Under the pieces are notes generated by a model. It worked only from the letters and a program-made list of their open reading frames with translations, was not told where the DNA came from and did not search any database. From assembly GCF_000143415.4 (NCBI RefSeq), contig NW_003314333.1, forward strand, positions 496,001 to 560,000: a stretch of DNA of 64,000 nt, given 5' to 3'. Positions within the stretch are counted from its first letter, which is position 1. Each line of letters begins with the position of its first letter. This document shows positions 11,207 through 23,444 of the stretch, one piece after another. Both the position numbers and the translations under genes were made by a program. This stretch comes from Selaginella moellendorffii (Eukaryota; Plantae; Lycopodiophyta).

Positions 11207-11789
11207 AATTGTTTTAGTTTCTATGTAGCTTAAGATATTGAGATTAAGAGTTCATAAAAGGAAGTTTCTAAATTAAAGAAAGAGAACAATAAAAGGAAGA
11301 AATATATTAATAGTTTGTTAAATGCTTTTGTACAATTAAAAGAGATCTTGATTATAATTTATATTCCCAAGATTAGGGGTGGGGCCTTGTATTGACAGGC
11401 ACCTCTCCCAAATCTTAATAAACCCTTTGAAGTGCGTTGGGATGTCTTTAGCTATTTATAGGTGCTGTATTGTAACAAGATTGTGACAATGCAATTAATA
11501 TTATTCTAAGGTGATGCAGTTGTCTTGTTATATTTTACTCCAAAAAATTGGATGAAACATAACAAAGATAGTTTACACATAATATTTGTTATAATGTCAA
11601 TATTAAAACATTAATAGCCTCATTGGCTATTTGTGGAAAGTGTTTAAATCTATTATATCTATAAAATTTAAAAATTATCAACACAATGGTATTGCCAAAC
11701 TTATAATTTAACACCATTCCATATTAAGTAAATTATTGTAAAGATTAGAGGGGGGATGTATAATAGAGGTACAGGATAAGTTGGGTATG

Positions 11790-12617
11790 GAGAGAGAGTG
11801 GTGGCAGACAAAAGTGTGCAAAGGCCATCAGTTTTTGCAAGCACAAAAGACAGCCATTGCTCTTCCAGGCAGCTGGGAAAAATTAAAAACTCCTGGGTTT
11901 TACACACCAGTCCACCCAAAGCCTTAACGAGCTAAGCTTTTCGTTACTCCACTAGAAAAGTCCGACATTGTCAATCAATCCAATAAGTTCTGTTGACTTT
12001 TATTGACCACCATAGACTGTCTCGTCAACTCTAATCTCGAACCACCCTAGACACACGGCCAGCCCAATCGATGGTGTCATGGGCGGATGGCTCCGTTTGA
12101 GTGGACCAACCCCTGGCCCCCAATACCCGACACTCGTCCAGGTTTGGAGATGCTTGGCGCTTCTTGCCATTGCGCTTTCAGGCGAGTGCGGAAAAGTTTA
12201 ATGTTCGGGGGGCACTGCGCCACGAATTTCCTCACCTTGTTCTGTACTGCTGGAGTCGGCATTCTCGCAAGAAGCCATGGAATCTCACACTATTCGAAAG
12301 CAGATTTTGAGTCTGTTGGTTTTTTTTTTCAAATGGAAATCAAATTTGCTTGTAAAAAAGTGTGGAACAATACAAAATAATGTTTCGCGCGTTTTGACAC
12401 ACACACACTCTCTCTCTCACACACAAGGGAACTAGCTACACACACGCAAGTATATCCCAGAGAGAAGCGTGCCACAATGCTTTGTGAGCCCATCGAGCCC
12501 AAATTCCATGTCAACCAATCGAGCTTCCATAAGATCATTCCAAGCGAAGCTGGTGAAGAACGATCGATCGGTCTGACTGCACTAGCTGCGCATCACCTCA
12601 TCCACGAAGAACCCTCT
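11790..12617. pseudogene. Scrambled mosaic of fragments copied from neighbouring loci (GRWD1 upstream region, exon 1 and exon 2; a BCH exon; the hAT 5' region)
   Basis: By-eye matches: 11790-12035 to 14625-15000 (inverted), 12050-12170 to 14418-14590 (direct), 12183-12290 to 14255-14375 (inverted), 12450-12543 to 16257-16353 (direct), 12581-12617 to 8061-8097 (direct). Confidence 0.85.
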
Positions 12618-12712
12618 GGGAACCCATTACAATCGCATATTGAGGATCTCTAATATTCTCGCAGGACTTTGAGCGTTGGATTCTTTATAAACCAGAGCAT
12701 CGAGATAATAAA

Positions 12713-14590
12713 CTAAAGATTGGAAGGCTTGAAAACGTTGAAATCGCTGAAGGATGTCGAGACAATCGTTCCTAGGAGCTGGGGATGCCAGTGAAGTTCC
12801 TTCAAGTCCCTTTGGCCCTGGCACAGGAAAGAGATTCACTTCAGCTACATCAGAATAAAAAACACTACCTGGTGAACGAACAACAAGCTTTCTGGCAAGC
12901 CTTTCGGAGCAGCCACTGATTGCTTCACTTGTGCTTCTTCTTCTGGATCGGCTTCCACAGAAAAATCCCACACACTGCTCATAACAAGGATAGAATATGA
13001 GCTAAACTGAAAAAAAGAGAGACGCGGCGACATACCTTAACTGGTTGTCAGCCGAGGTTGCCGCCAGCATTGAACTGTCATGAGGAGACCATTCGATGGA
13101 AGTTATTGGGGCGGAATGGTAGTTTGTCATCGATATGGGACCGTCCTACAAAAACTTAGATATCAGGAATACTATTGAAGCACAGAAGCATACCTTCAAA
13201 TGCTTCAAATTCCATAAGTAGATGATACCGTCGTCACCGCCAGAGGCAAGCACCGAATCTGATCTGCCAAGACAAGGAAATGTTGGAACAGTTGTGACTT
13301 ATTAGGAAGTACAAACCTCCAAGATATCACGTTAACGTCCGCGTCGTGGATCTTCCACATCGCTGTGCAAGTACAAGTTGGCACATCCCACAGCCTGAGT
13401 GTTCCATCAGAAGAGCAAGATGCAAGCCGAAAGGGATCCAACGTCGGACACCACTGATAGACAGACATAAACATTTAGACACGAAATGAAGGTGAAAGCT
13501 TGCCTGCAAATCTTCGACGCTGGACGAATGTCCAACAAGAGTTCGACCTCCAACGATCCATTCGCGTCGATTTGGTTGCCAGACATGGATCACTCCGTTG
13601 TTATCGCCTGGAGACAAACAAGAACGCTTTTTGAGCAAGACATGAAATCTCTCTCTCGAGTTCATGTAATCAATCAGACCAGATGCAAGCCATCCTTGGT
13701 GCGCTAGACTCCAGTCGAGAGCAAATCCTTCCACCTCGTGACCAGAAAAGACTTGGAGGGGTGCCTGGTGTGTAACGCGAGAAGAGCTTCCGGCGTTGAC
13801 GGAAGAGAGTTCTTGCAAGAGGCTTTTGACGTCCCAAATCTGGACCAGCTACCTGAGAGCACCGTAAAACCATGGCAGACTTGACTTTCAGACCTGGACG
13901 ACGCCGGTCTCCGACCATGTTGCGATGATGTTTGGTTCTTGTGGCATGGCACGAATACGATTGATGCATCCATGGTGAGCTATCATCCGGACCTGGTCGA
14001 TCGAGAAAACAAACGTCTTAGAAAAAAGATGTAGCTTAAGTGCTGCCAACCTCAAGCTTGGGAGTTTTGTCTCGCATTTCTTCGTCGTCACTCTCGTCGC
14101 TGCTGCTGCTGCTAGAGTCGCCATCGTCACTAGCAGCCAACTCCACGCCTCTTTTCTTCCCGCTGATGTTGGTCAGCTTAGCAACGATGAGCCGATTATC
14201 TGCAGGATTTGCAGCCTAGAAACCGCGAGGAAAAGTGTTTAAACGTTTGAGATTCCAAGGCTTGTTGAGAATGGAGACTCACCTGCGTTCCAGCAGTACA
14301 GAACAAGGTGAGAGGAAACTCGTGTCGCAGCGCCCCCAGTTCGTCTCGCAGAATATCAAAGCTTTCCACACTCGATCAGACGGGAACTTGAAAGACAATG
14401 CCCCCTACACTTACCTCAGACACGGCCAGCCCAATCGGAACGCATGGATGGTGTCATAGGCGGATGGCTCGTACTGGAGTTCCTCGCCTTCGTCGAGTGG
14501 ATCAACCCCCGGCCGCCATACCCGACGCTCGTCCAGCTCTGGATGGCGCTGCTGGCAGCTCGCTTTTTTCTTCCTCCCTGGCCGCGCCAT
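12713..14590 (-). CDS. GRWD1: Glutamate-rich WD40 protein (GRWD1/Rrb1, ribosome biogenesis); multi-exon
   Basis: MARPGRKKK...VWRPGVDPLDEGEELQYEPSAY...GWPCLSFD, HHGCINRIRAMPQ, GHSSSVEDLQW, LLFVHQGQRDLKELHWHPQ; stop at 12713. Telo-box TTAGGGTTT immediately upstream. Confidence 0.93.
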
Positions 14591-14631
14591 TGGGGTTAGG
14601 GTTTAAGATATTCGTTTGAAATTGAGTTGCT

Positions 14632-14753
14632 AGTCAATGGTAGTCAACAATATTTGACTTTTGACATGATTGACTTTATTTGACTTTTCTGAGCTGATGT
14701 TAGAACAATATTTGACGTCTGACATGATTGACATTATTTGACTATCATTGACC
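14632..14753. promoter_or_regulatory. Dense TTGAC / W-box array (imperfect 58-bp duplication) upstream of GRWD1
   Basis: Ten TTGAC/GTCAA cores in ~120 bp, seven of them full TTGACY. Unit AACAATATTTGAC..TGACATGATTGAC.TTATTTGACT occurs at 14646 and 14704. Confidence 0.55.
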
Positions 14754-15597
14754 TTTTTGAGCACTACTCCTTCTACACGACCAGCCCAAACAAGCAATGC
14801 TCTCGCCGTGATCTCCCAATTTGCGTAAACCCTTTGCTACTGTAGATGCTCGTCGTGACTGACAAAGAGCTCGACGGCTTTTGTGAACGCTTTGGGTGGA
14901 CTGGCGGTTGATCTTTCCTCCCAGCTGCCTGGAAGAGCAATGGCCCCGTGTTGGAACCAGTTGCTTCTGCGCACGTTTGTCCGCCGCCACTCTCTTCTGG
15001 TGGTCTGCGTGGAAAGCTACACTGGGCCACATTCCTCAAGGTTCTTTTGGCTTTCCAAAAGATCTCGAGTCGCTAAAGAAGTGAATGAATCGAAGTGAAG
15101 TGAATGACATGCTAATACATAAAACATCATCAACCAAGACACTCAACCTGCTCAGGTGAAGACACTCCTACACAAATTACAGGTGTGGGCCTTCATGACC
15201 TTTATAAATAACCTGTAATGTAATGTTCTCGTGTTCTTCGAGTTCACGACTTTGCTCATGGCTTGATGGTGAAATACTGTCCTCTTGTTTGCTTGCGAGG
15301 CTTCTAGAGCTCCAAATTTCTTGTATAATAGGATACAAACCACGTATACGTGGTCCACTTTGGAGAGATTCTAGATCTGTGGCCTATCGTTCAGATTCTC
15401 TCTACTGGGCGCTAGAACATACTCGCAAGTGTCAGACGGACAAAACTGATAACATTCCACTTTTAGTGCCAAAAAAAAAAAATCTCTGCTTTGCAGCAAA
15501 AGCGGCAGCAGCTGACGATTGGGTTACGAGATCTCTCCCCAGTAGGCCCAAAACCAAGAAATAAAAAAGAAGAAAAATAACGGTGCTGCGGAGAGCT

Positions 15598-16901
15598 CTA
15601 CGTCTGTGCTTTCTTGTGTATATTCATCACTCTCTCCAGTTCTTCCGAGCCTCCCACTTCTTCGAGCTCCTGCAAATCAGGAACCAAATTAATCATACAA
15701 CCGTTCTTTTTCTCTTTTCGTTGCATACCTTTGGGCCCAAGAAAAGCCCGTATGGAACACCTTGAAACAAATCGGCGTGATGGAGCTACAAGAAGAAAGT
15801 CTCGAGTCGATCAGTCAGAAGAAAGAAAGAAAAACTGAGTTTTTACTTTGTGTGCTGCTGCTACTTTCTGGAAGTAAGGAACGTTTGCGATGGGTCCAAC
15901 CGGGAATCGACGATGAACCAAGCCGTCATGCACGAACATATAAGCCATTCCAAACACTGTGATCCCCAAGCCCTGCGCAAAGATTCATCCATTCATCGCT
16001 CAAGATCGATCGGAGTAAACGAGATGAGAGGGGCAACTCACCGCTCCAAAGCACAAGCCCGGGAAGAGACCTTTGTTGAAGAAACCATACGCCAGGAGCG
16101 CGATCGCTGGCACCGCATTCACGATGGCGAAAACGTCGTTGAGCTCGAATGGACCTTCGCGCGGCCGATGGTGTGACTGGATAGGAGCACGAATTTTCAA
16201 AGCTTAGAGAGAACTTGGAAGAAACTTGCAAAGGTTCCAGATCTTTACCTCGTGCATATCCCAGAGAGAAGCGTGCCACAATGCTTTGTGAGCCCATCGA
16301 GCCCAGAACTCCATGCCAACCTGACCAATCGAGCTTCCATAAGATCATCCAAGACGAGAGAGAAAGAAGAAGAAGAAGAGGAACTCACCGCTGCTCCAAA
16401 CGCCAAGGAGAAAGTTCCAAACATCTCTAGCACTGGCACCTCGCCACTTCCCTGCAAAATGCCACCTCGAGGCATCAGACCGAGCAAGAGGAGAGACAAA
16501 GTTCGCGAGCTTCACACCTGCATTTGCCACACGAATCTATAGTACACTGACGCAGCTGCCAGCGTCGTGATTCCCACCGTGGAGGCCACCGCCGCAAACA
16601 AGTAGGTACTCCTCTCCGCCTTGATCCTAGAGCTGGAAGAACTAGCCACTCCTCTCAAAGAACTCCTCGGCTCCTTCACAATCTCCGACTTGGGCAGCGC
16701 CAATTGCTCGCCGGCATTGCCGCCCTGCTCGCGCCCCGCGGCAGCGAGCACGAATCTGCGAGCCCTGGCAGCGCGACTGGAGCTGGCGCCACAATTGGAC
16801 GAAGACATCATCACCGAGTGTAGCGATGGTAGCAGCGATCGCTCTAGGCCGCCCAGGATCCGGAGCTTGTAGGGGACCGTGAGCATCGAATACGCGCCCA
16901 T
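15598..16901 (-). CDS. BCH: Non-heme di-iron beta-carotene hydroxylase; multi-exon
   Basis: YLFAAVASTVGITT, VGMEFWARWAHKALWHASLW, SHHRPREGPFELNDVFAIVNAVPAIAL, HDGLVHRRFPVGPI, PYGLFLGPKELEEVGG. Confidence 0.95.
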
Positions 16902-17425
16902 GGAGAAGCTTGCCTCCAGCGCCCACTGGAGTGCCTCATTTCAAGCCTCACATGGCACCACATGTGGAGAGATAATGGCATATTCGCAGGGATCTCTCGG
17001 TGGGAATATCCCTCCGCATCGTGGCCGTTAAACGCTGTTTTGGGCTAAGTGTTTTGCCGCAGTGGACCAATGGTGCGCCGCCCGAGTGAAGCAAGCCTGC
17101 GTGTCCATGACACTCTTTCTTTTATAATTTCCACGGGGAGAAAGCTAAAGTCTCCTGGCATTAACGACTTTGCAAAGACGACGCTCAATCAAACAAACAA
17201 ACCACGATGATCGTGATCTTATCTTTCCTTGTCTGGAATATCTCTTGCGCTTTTTCTAAACTTGTTGACAATCCGGTCTAAAAGTGAGCTTCCACTCCAC
17301 ATCGATCGGCCAAAGAAAGAGCGCCAAAGAGCGCCACCACCACTTCGCGGCAGCTTTCTCGATTCTCTTGCTTGACACGCCACTAGATCTCACAGGACCG
17401 ACACGCAGCCGGGGAATCGTGTCGC

Positions 17426-19613
17426 TTAAGTTGCAAGCACGCTCACGAATGGTGCGTTGAGGTGGAACACGTAACTTCCTGCCACAGTTCCGCGAATAAA
17501 CTCGTTAGAAGTGATCGAGGATCGTCACTGTGACTTACCGAGCGTGGGCATCAGCGCGAAGAGCAGCAGTATGCCGACCAACTTGAGAAGGAATCCCGTG
17601 AGAACCATGTCCGGCATTCGTACGTGCCCGGTCGAGAACGCCACGGCCATCGGCGGCGTGGAGACTGGCAGCATGAACGCAAAGGATGCGGCGATGGTGC
17701 CCGTGATCATGAGCAGCAGCGGGTGGATGTTGTTGGAGGTGGCGGCGTTGGCGAGCAGCGGGAGGAAGATGGTGGCGGTGGCGTTGTTGGACGTAAACTC
17801 GGTGGTGGCGCTCACGAACACCGCCACCACTGGAGCGAGTAGCAAGTACGGAGCGTCGTCTAGGAAGTTCAAGTGTTGTGTCACCCACGCGGACAGTCCG
17901 CTCGCTTTGAATCCAGCAGCCAGTGCAAATCCTGGTGGAAAGTTTGTGGTTTTCTCGATCCATTCAAGAACAAGAGAGTACCTCCACCGAAGAGAAGAAC
18001 GATGTCCCATGGAAGCTTTTTACAGTGAGACCAATCGAGCAGCCTCTCTCCAGGCACTAGCCTGTTTGGAATGACAAAGAGGAACACTGCCATCACCACC
18101 TGGAAGAAAACGATTGAGAGAAAAGCTATGGCATGTTTGCCACTGGAGAGAAAGATTCTTCCATTTGGAGCCACTTACACTGACAGTCCCATCGTCCACA
18201 TAGCCATGGAAGAATCGCCCCCAGCCAAAGGATGTTCCCAGGGATCGTGTCAACCATAGCACAGCGAGCACCTAGAAAGAAAAAAAAAATAAAAGAATCA
18301 AATCGCTTGGAGCAATCCAAAGCTCGAGGATGTTTCTTTTGGTTTCTTTTAAACTTACAACGAAGAGAGTAAGCACAGTGGTCTCCGCGAAGCTGATTGA
18401 TCCTGGAGTAAGAACAAATCGATTAGAAAATCCATTTTTTCTGGATAGAACAGTGAGAAAAAATCGTACCGAGAGACTTGAGCTCCTCCTCGATGCTGGA
18501 GCGATTGAGCCTGGAAGAGATGGTGGGAGTGGCCGAGCGAGGGCAGTAGCAAACGCACAGCATGATCCAGCAGAACAAAACCATGGCCACGCCCAGCGGG
18601 AACGCGAACATGAACCACTGGAGGTAGCTCACAGCGGCAGCGCTGGGGAAGCAGCTGTTCCAGATCCCCAAGAACACCAGATTCGTGCCCGTGCCCGTGA
18701 GCGTCGTCAATCCGCCAATGCTCACCGAGAATCCAATCCCCAGCACGATCGCCCGCGCGTACTGCCGCGCGTGGAATGCCACCGCGCCATTGGTACCGCT
18801 CCCCTGTTCTAGGGTTCTTCCATCTAGGGTTGTGAGCGCCTTGGAGGAGATGCGTCGCAGGAGCTCGCGGATCTCCTGCCGGCTCTCCGGATCGTCGCCA
18901 GCAGATGCCACCGCCTGCGCCGCCTGTGGATCCACATCCACGACATGGATGGATTCGAGCGAGGGAGTGTCCGGCTCGAGCAAGCGCTTGATCACTCCCG
19001 CGGACATGGGCACCATCATGATCGCGGTGGCGCTGTTGGAGATCCACATACTGATGAATGCCGGGCCGACGCAGAATCCCAGCAGCAGCATTCGCGGCGC
19101 CATGGATCGCCCGCCAAAGAGGAGGAGCGTCTTGAGCGCCAAGCGCTTGTGCGCCTGGTAGCGCTCCACGCCCAGCGCCAGGATGAAGGAGCCGATGAAG
19201 AGCGTGATGGTGTCGTTCATGTAGGCTCGCGCGATCTCGTCGGCCTGGATGATCTGGAAGAGCGGCAGGAGGACCAGCGGGAGCATGGACGTGATCCCGA
19301 CTGGAATCGCCTCGGTGATCCACCAGATGCACACCCACGCCAGGATCGCCAGCATGGGCGCGATCTTGCTCTCCCCGGCGCTGACATTGGATGATTCTTC
19401 GTGGGCGCCATCGATCCGCACGAATGCCAGGATGAGCAGCGCGCACAGAGGCCCCAGCGCGATCGCGATGTCCTTTCTGTGCCCGTGGAGAAAGCCCACG
19501 ATTGATCTTCTCGTCTTGCTCTTCCCAGGATCGAGATCATCGTCCAGCTCTCGCCGTGGAGGATCATGGATGAGGAGCGCCACTGTAGCAGCAGTACCGT
19601 CTAGATTCGCCAT
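17426..19613 (-). CDS. TDT: Tonoplast dicarboxylate transporter (SLC13/DASS family); multi-exon
   Basis: WWITEAIP, FISMWISNSATAIMM, LTGTGTNL, PWDIVLLFGGGFALA, TEFTSNNAT, AFMLPVSTPP. Last exon inferred as GSYVFHLNAPFVSVLAT*. Confidence 0.92.
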
Positions 19614-19830
19614 GCGCGGCTGGGGAGAGCTTGTCCTCCAATATGAGGCAGTGGTGGAATCGCGGTTATCGGCCAAAAGATCGAGAGATTGGACACGCAA
19701 GCTCCAAGCGTCTTGAATGACCCCATGGACGTGGAGCTCCAATCGCGACATATCTCCAGCTCCACGGCATGGCCCCAGTTCTTCGTCCCCTGCGCTTGCG
19801 ATTGCGATTGCTCATCCACCCATCCCGCCC

Positions 19831-21978
19831 ATGGACACGGTACGCGAGTGCGTACGGCACATCGAAGCTTGCCAAACGCTGGCGCAAGCCAAGGCTGTGC
19901 ATGGACGAATTCGCGAGAAGAAGCTGGACATCAATGGCTATGTGGCCAACCATCTGGTCCAGATGTACGGCAGGATTGGGCGCGTGGAGGAGGCCAGGGG
20001 TGTGTTTGATGCCATTTACCCCAAGGGGGCATATTCCTGGAACTTGATGCTCGTGGCATATGCCCAGAACGGGCATCTGGAGGATGCCAAGGGGTTGTTT
20101 AGTGTTATGCCTGATCCGGATCTTCTGTCTTGGAATGTTATTCTCAATGCGTACTCGAGACGAGGGAGAGTCAAGCATTGCCAAGGTGTGTTCGACGCCA
20201 TGCCGAGGAAGGATTTGGTTTCCTGGAACACTTTGCTTACTGCATATGCCCAGAATGGGCACCTTTCAGAAGCGAAAGCCGTGTATGCGAGGATGCCGGA
20301 GATGGGTCTCATGTCGTGCAACATTATGCTTGCGGCACATACGCAGAGCAAGTCTTTGGACGAGGCGAAAGATCTTTTCAACCAGATGCCGGAGAAGAAT
20401 CTCGTAACGTTGAACTCGATGCTAACTGCATATGCCCAAAATGGGTATCTTGATGAAGCGAGGCAAGTGTTCCTTGACATGCCCAGCCGCGATCTCGTGT
20501 CCTGGAATGCCATGCTCGCTGCATTTGCCGCAAACGATAAGCTCGAAGAAGCTAAACGATGTTACGACGCAATGCCAGAGCGGAATCTCATATCCGCAAA
20601 CACAATACTGATTGCGAACTCCAAACAGGGCATTGTCGAAGACGCGCAAGAGGTCTTTGACACGATGCCCGCCAAGGATCTTGCTTCGTGGACTGCACTG
20701 CTGTGCGTGTTTGCTCACGGAGAGTTTTTCGATGAAGCGAGGAGTGTGTTCGATCGAATGCCCGAGAGGGACTTGGTGGCATGGACAGTGATGCTCGAGG
20801 CGTATGCCCGGAGCGGGCATATCCACGACGCTATCACCGCGTTCGAGCGCTTGCCGGAGCTCGATCTCGTGTCCCTCACAACAATGCTGGACGCGTACGG
20901 CCAGAGTGGAAACGTGGTGGATGCCGTGCGCCTCTTTCGTACGTCGCCGTACCAAGATCTCGTCTCGTGGAACGCATTGCTATCAGCCTACGTAAGGAAC
21001 GGGCATCTCAAAGAATCTAGAGAGCTCTTTGAAAGGATGCCTTTGAGAAACTTGGTGTCCTGGAACGCCTTGTTAGTGGTTTTTGCCGAGACGGGGCATT
21101 TTGAAGATGCTAGGAGAGTGTTTGAGGAGATGCCGGACAAGGACGTGGTATCTTGGAATGCCATGCTCTCTGCGTATTCTCAAGGTGGCTCCTTCGATCG
21201 GGCGAAAGCCACCTTTGAGTTGATGCCGAAGAGAGACCAGATCTCGTGGAATGCCATGCTTTCGATATATGCCCAAAACGGGTACCTCGAAGAGGCCGCG
21301 AGCATCTTCACTGGGATGCCCGAGTGGAACTCGGTGTCGTGGAACGCACTGCTTGCCGCTTATGCTCAAAATGGGCATCTAAAACAGGCAAAGTTCTTGT
21401 TCTACGAGATGCCCGTCCAGAACCAAGTCTCATGGAACGCAATGCTCTCCGCGTACTCCCGAAACGGGCACATCAGCGACGCAAAGCGCCTGTTCGATGC
21501 TACTCCGGAGCTCAACCTCATCTCCTACAACGCAGTACTCACCATGTACGCTCACACCGTAGAGCCTGGAATCGCTCTGGAGCTGTTTGGGGCGATGATC
21601 CTCGATGGCATCAAACCCGACGAGGTCTCCTTCACCGCCGTCCTCTTGGGCTGCAACCACGCTGGAGTTTTCAAGTCGGGTTGGTCATACTTTTGCTCTC
21701 TGGTGGCCGACTACGGCCTGAGGCCAGCAAAACAGCATTTTGGATGCATGATCGATCTGCTGGGCCGCTCCGGTCGCGTGCACGATGCCGAAGATCTCCT
21801 CGCAAACATGCCATTCATCCCGGATGTTATCGAGTGGAGAAGCCTGCTCAGAGGCATGAAAAGCCATAGCGGTCGAGCTAGAGCAGCGGCGGACTCCGTT
21901 TTGGCGCTCAAGCCGCAAACTTCCGGATCTTTCGTTTTGATGGCCAATGTGTATGAAAGCAATGCGATGGCTCCATGA
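19831..21978 (+). CDS. PLS-class PPR protein with E domain, no DYW
   Basis: About 18 tandem 31-aa repeats (VSWNAMLxAYAQNGH..A..F..MP) followed by HFGCMIDLLGRSG...W.SLL...SFVLMANVY. Confidence 0.95.
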   Translation: MDTVRECVRHIEACQTLAQAKAVHGRIREKKLDINGYVANHLVQMYGRIGRVEEARGVFDAIYPKGAYSWNLMLVAYAQNGHLEDAKGLFSVMPDPDLLSWNVILNAYSRRGRVKHCQGVFDAMPRKDLVSWNTLLTAYAQNGHLSEAKAVYARMPEMGLMSCNIMLAAHTQSKSLDEAKDLFNQMPEKNLVTLNSMLTAYAQNGYLDEARQVFLDMPSRDLVSWNAMLAAFAANDKLEEAKRCYDAMPERNLISANTILIANSKQGIVEDAQEVFDTMPAKDLASWTALLCVFAHGEFFDEARSVFDRMPERDLVAWTVMLEAYARSGHIHDAITAFERLPELDLVSLTTMLDAYGQSGNVVDAVRLFRTSPYQDLVSWNALLSAYVRNGHLKESRELFERMPLRNLVSWNALLVVFAETGHFEDARRVFEEMPDKDVVSWNAMLSAYSQGGSFDRAKATFELMPKRDQISWNAMLSIYAQNGYLEEAASIFTGMPEWNSVSWNALLAAYAQNGHLKQAKFLFYEMPVQNQVSWNAMLSAYSRNGHISDAKRLFDATPELNLISYNAVLTMYAHTVEPGIALELFGAMILDGIKPDEVSFTAVLLGCNHAGVFKSGWSYFCSLVADYGLRPAKQHFGCMIDLLGRSGRVHDAEDLLANMPFIPDVIEWRSLLRGMKSHSGRARAAADSVLALKPQTSGSFVLMANVYESNAMAP

Positions 21979-22033
21979 TGTGTATATATATAGACGAGCT
22001 TGAATTGGTTGCCTAGGCCAAAAAGCTGCGAGC

Positions 22034-23341
22034 ATGGCGTTGGCGCATCGTTCCTGGTCGAAGGTGGCGGCGGGAAAGCTCAAGCGTCCGCCACTGGAGC
22101 TGTACCATCGCAAGGAGGAGCTCAAGAGGCTGGACTCCGCGCTACGTCCTTGCCGCGATGGCGAGCCGGCTGCGCTGCTCCTCCTCTTGGGTCCCAAAGA
22201 GTCGGGTAAGACGACGCTGGTTCAAGAGTATCGCAAGCGCCAGGAGCTGGGAGAGTTCGAGGGCATGTCGCTGTACGTGGACATGCATCGCAGGGTCAAC
22301 TCGGCGGAGCGCTTCGCCAGGACGATGTGGGAGAGCTTGGGATCGTCTCTCAAGCTCACCTCTTGGGGGGCGACGGTGGAACAGCGTGAGTTTACGTGGC
22401 ACCCGGTCCTCGAGATCCCCAGCTTGGAACGCTGGAAAGCCAAAGGTGACGAGTGCTCCCTGGGCCAGGTGATGCAGGGACTGGAGGTGTTTTGCGAGAA
22501 GTGGAAGAACTTGAAAGGTGGCGGACGCCCGACAATCTTCGTGGACGAGGCCAACTTGCTCGCGCAGTGGAACGAGTGCCACTATACGCGCGGCGATAAC
22601 GATGTGGTTGAAGTGCTGCGGGGTTTCGTGAGGATGAGCTTGGAGGGGTGGGCGAATGTGGTGCTCGTCTCCTCGGACGATCTCTTCAAGCGCTGGCTCG
22701 GCCGGCAGGAGCCCATGTCTGGGAGGCATCTCGAGGTGGCCAACCTCACCCCTCTCTCGGCGAAGGACGCCAGGGAGTTCCTGTTTGGGATGCTGGACGA
22801 GAAGATCAAGGGAGAGACGAAGAGGATGTGGAGCGACATCTATGCTCACTATGGCGGCGAGACGCTCAAGCTTCTCAAGCTCCAGCGCGCGCTCAACTCG
22901 GCAGGACCCAGGGGGATCCGTGAGACGTGGAACCGGTTGAAGGAGAGCGAACTGGCGGACGCGAGGGAGGCCATCGCGAATCCCCCGAAGGACTGGAAGA
23001 CCGTTGTCAAGGAGCTCGGGAAAGCTAGAGATGGCATCGTCTCGTACAGTGACTTGGTGGGCAAGGTTGGCGTGACTTCCTTGGATGCGATCATATCTAG
23101 TGGCCTCGTCCACTATAGAACTTGCGGGCAGTGGGGGCACGCTGATCTTGGCTCCAGTGACCGCGAGTGGCCCATCGTTATGCCCAAGAACAAGGCAATG
23201 CATCTGGTAATGAAAGAAATGGACGCCAACGAGGAGGAGGAGGAGGAAGCGAGTGGCGATTCTAGCATTGATGGGTCTTCTTCTTCTTCGAGCGATTCTT
23301 TTAGTTGCTTGAGTGATGCTAGCGATTGCGATTCCTCTTAA
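22034..23341 (+). CDS. Intronless P-loop NTPase (ATPase_2 / archaeal-type AAA-like), 435 aa
   Basis: LYHRKEELKRL pre-P-loop motif, Walker A GPKESGKT, Walker B IFVDEAN, sensor VVLVSSD, acidic/Ser tail. TATA-like run at ~21983. Confidence 0.8.
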   Translation: MALAHRSWSKVAAGKLKRPPLELYHRKEELKRLDSALRPCRDGEPAALLLLLGPKESGKTTLVQEYRKRQELGEFEGMSLYVDMHRRVNSAERFARTMWESLGSSLKLTSWGATVEQREFTWHPVLEIPSLERWKAKGDECSLGQVMQGLEVFCEKWKNLKGGGRPTIFVDEANLLAQWNECHYTRGDNDVVEVLRGFVRMSLEGWANVVLVSSDDLFKRWLGRQEPMSGRHLEVANLTPLSAKDAREFLFGMLDEKIKGETKRMWSDIYAHYGGETLKLLKLQRALNSAGPRGIRETWNRLKESELADAREAIANPPKDWKTVVKELGKARDGIVSYSDLVGKVGVTSLDAIISSGLVHYRTCGQWGHADLGSSDREWPIVMPKNKAMHLVMKEMDANEEEEEEASGDSSIDGSSSSSSDSFSCLSDASDCDSS

Positions 23342-23444
23342 TTGTTGTTAATTCTTGTTAGTTCTTCTTTTCCTTGAGAAAAAAAAAAAAAAAAGATTTT
23401 AGTGTAGGAAAAAGATGGATCCTCCTCTCTTTTTTTCTAGGGCA

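Noticed and set aside
11790-15000. Pack-MULE with long TIRs around GRWD1
   Set aside because: The inverted homology continues into GRWD1 exon 2, so it is a duplicate of the gene's 5' region; no TSD found.
14820-15060. Telomerase RNA candidate (TAAACCCT at 14826 plus hairpin GGCGGTTG/CAGCTGCC)
   Set aside because: Template-like match is only 8 nt, there is no upstream USE/TATA Pol III promoter, and the related copy at 11790-11920 lacks the template.
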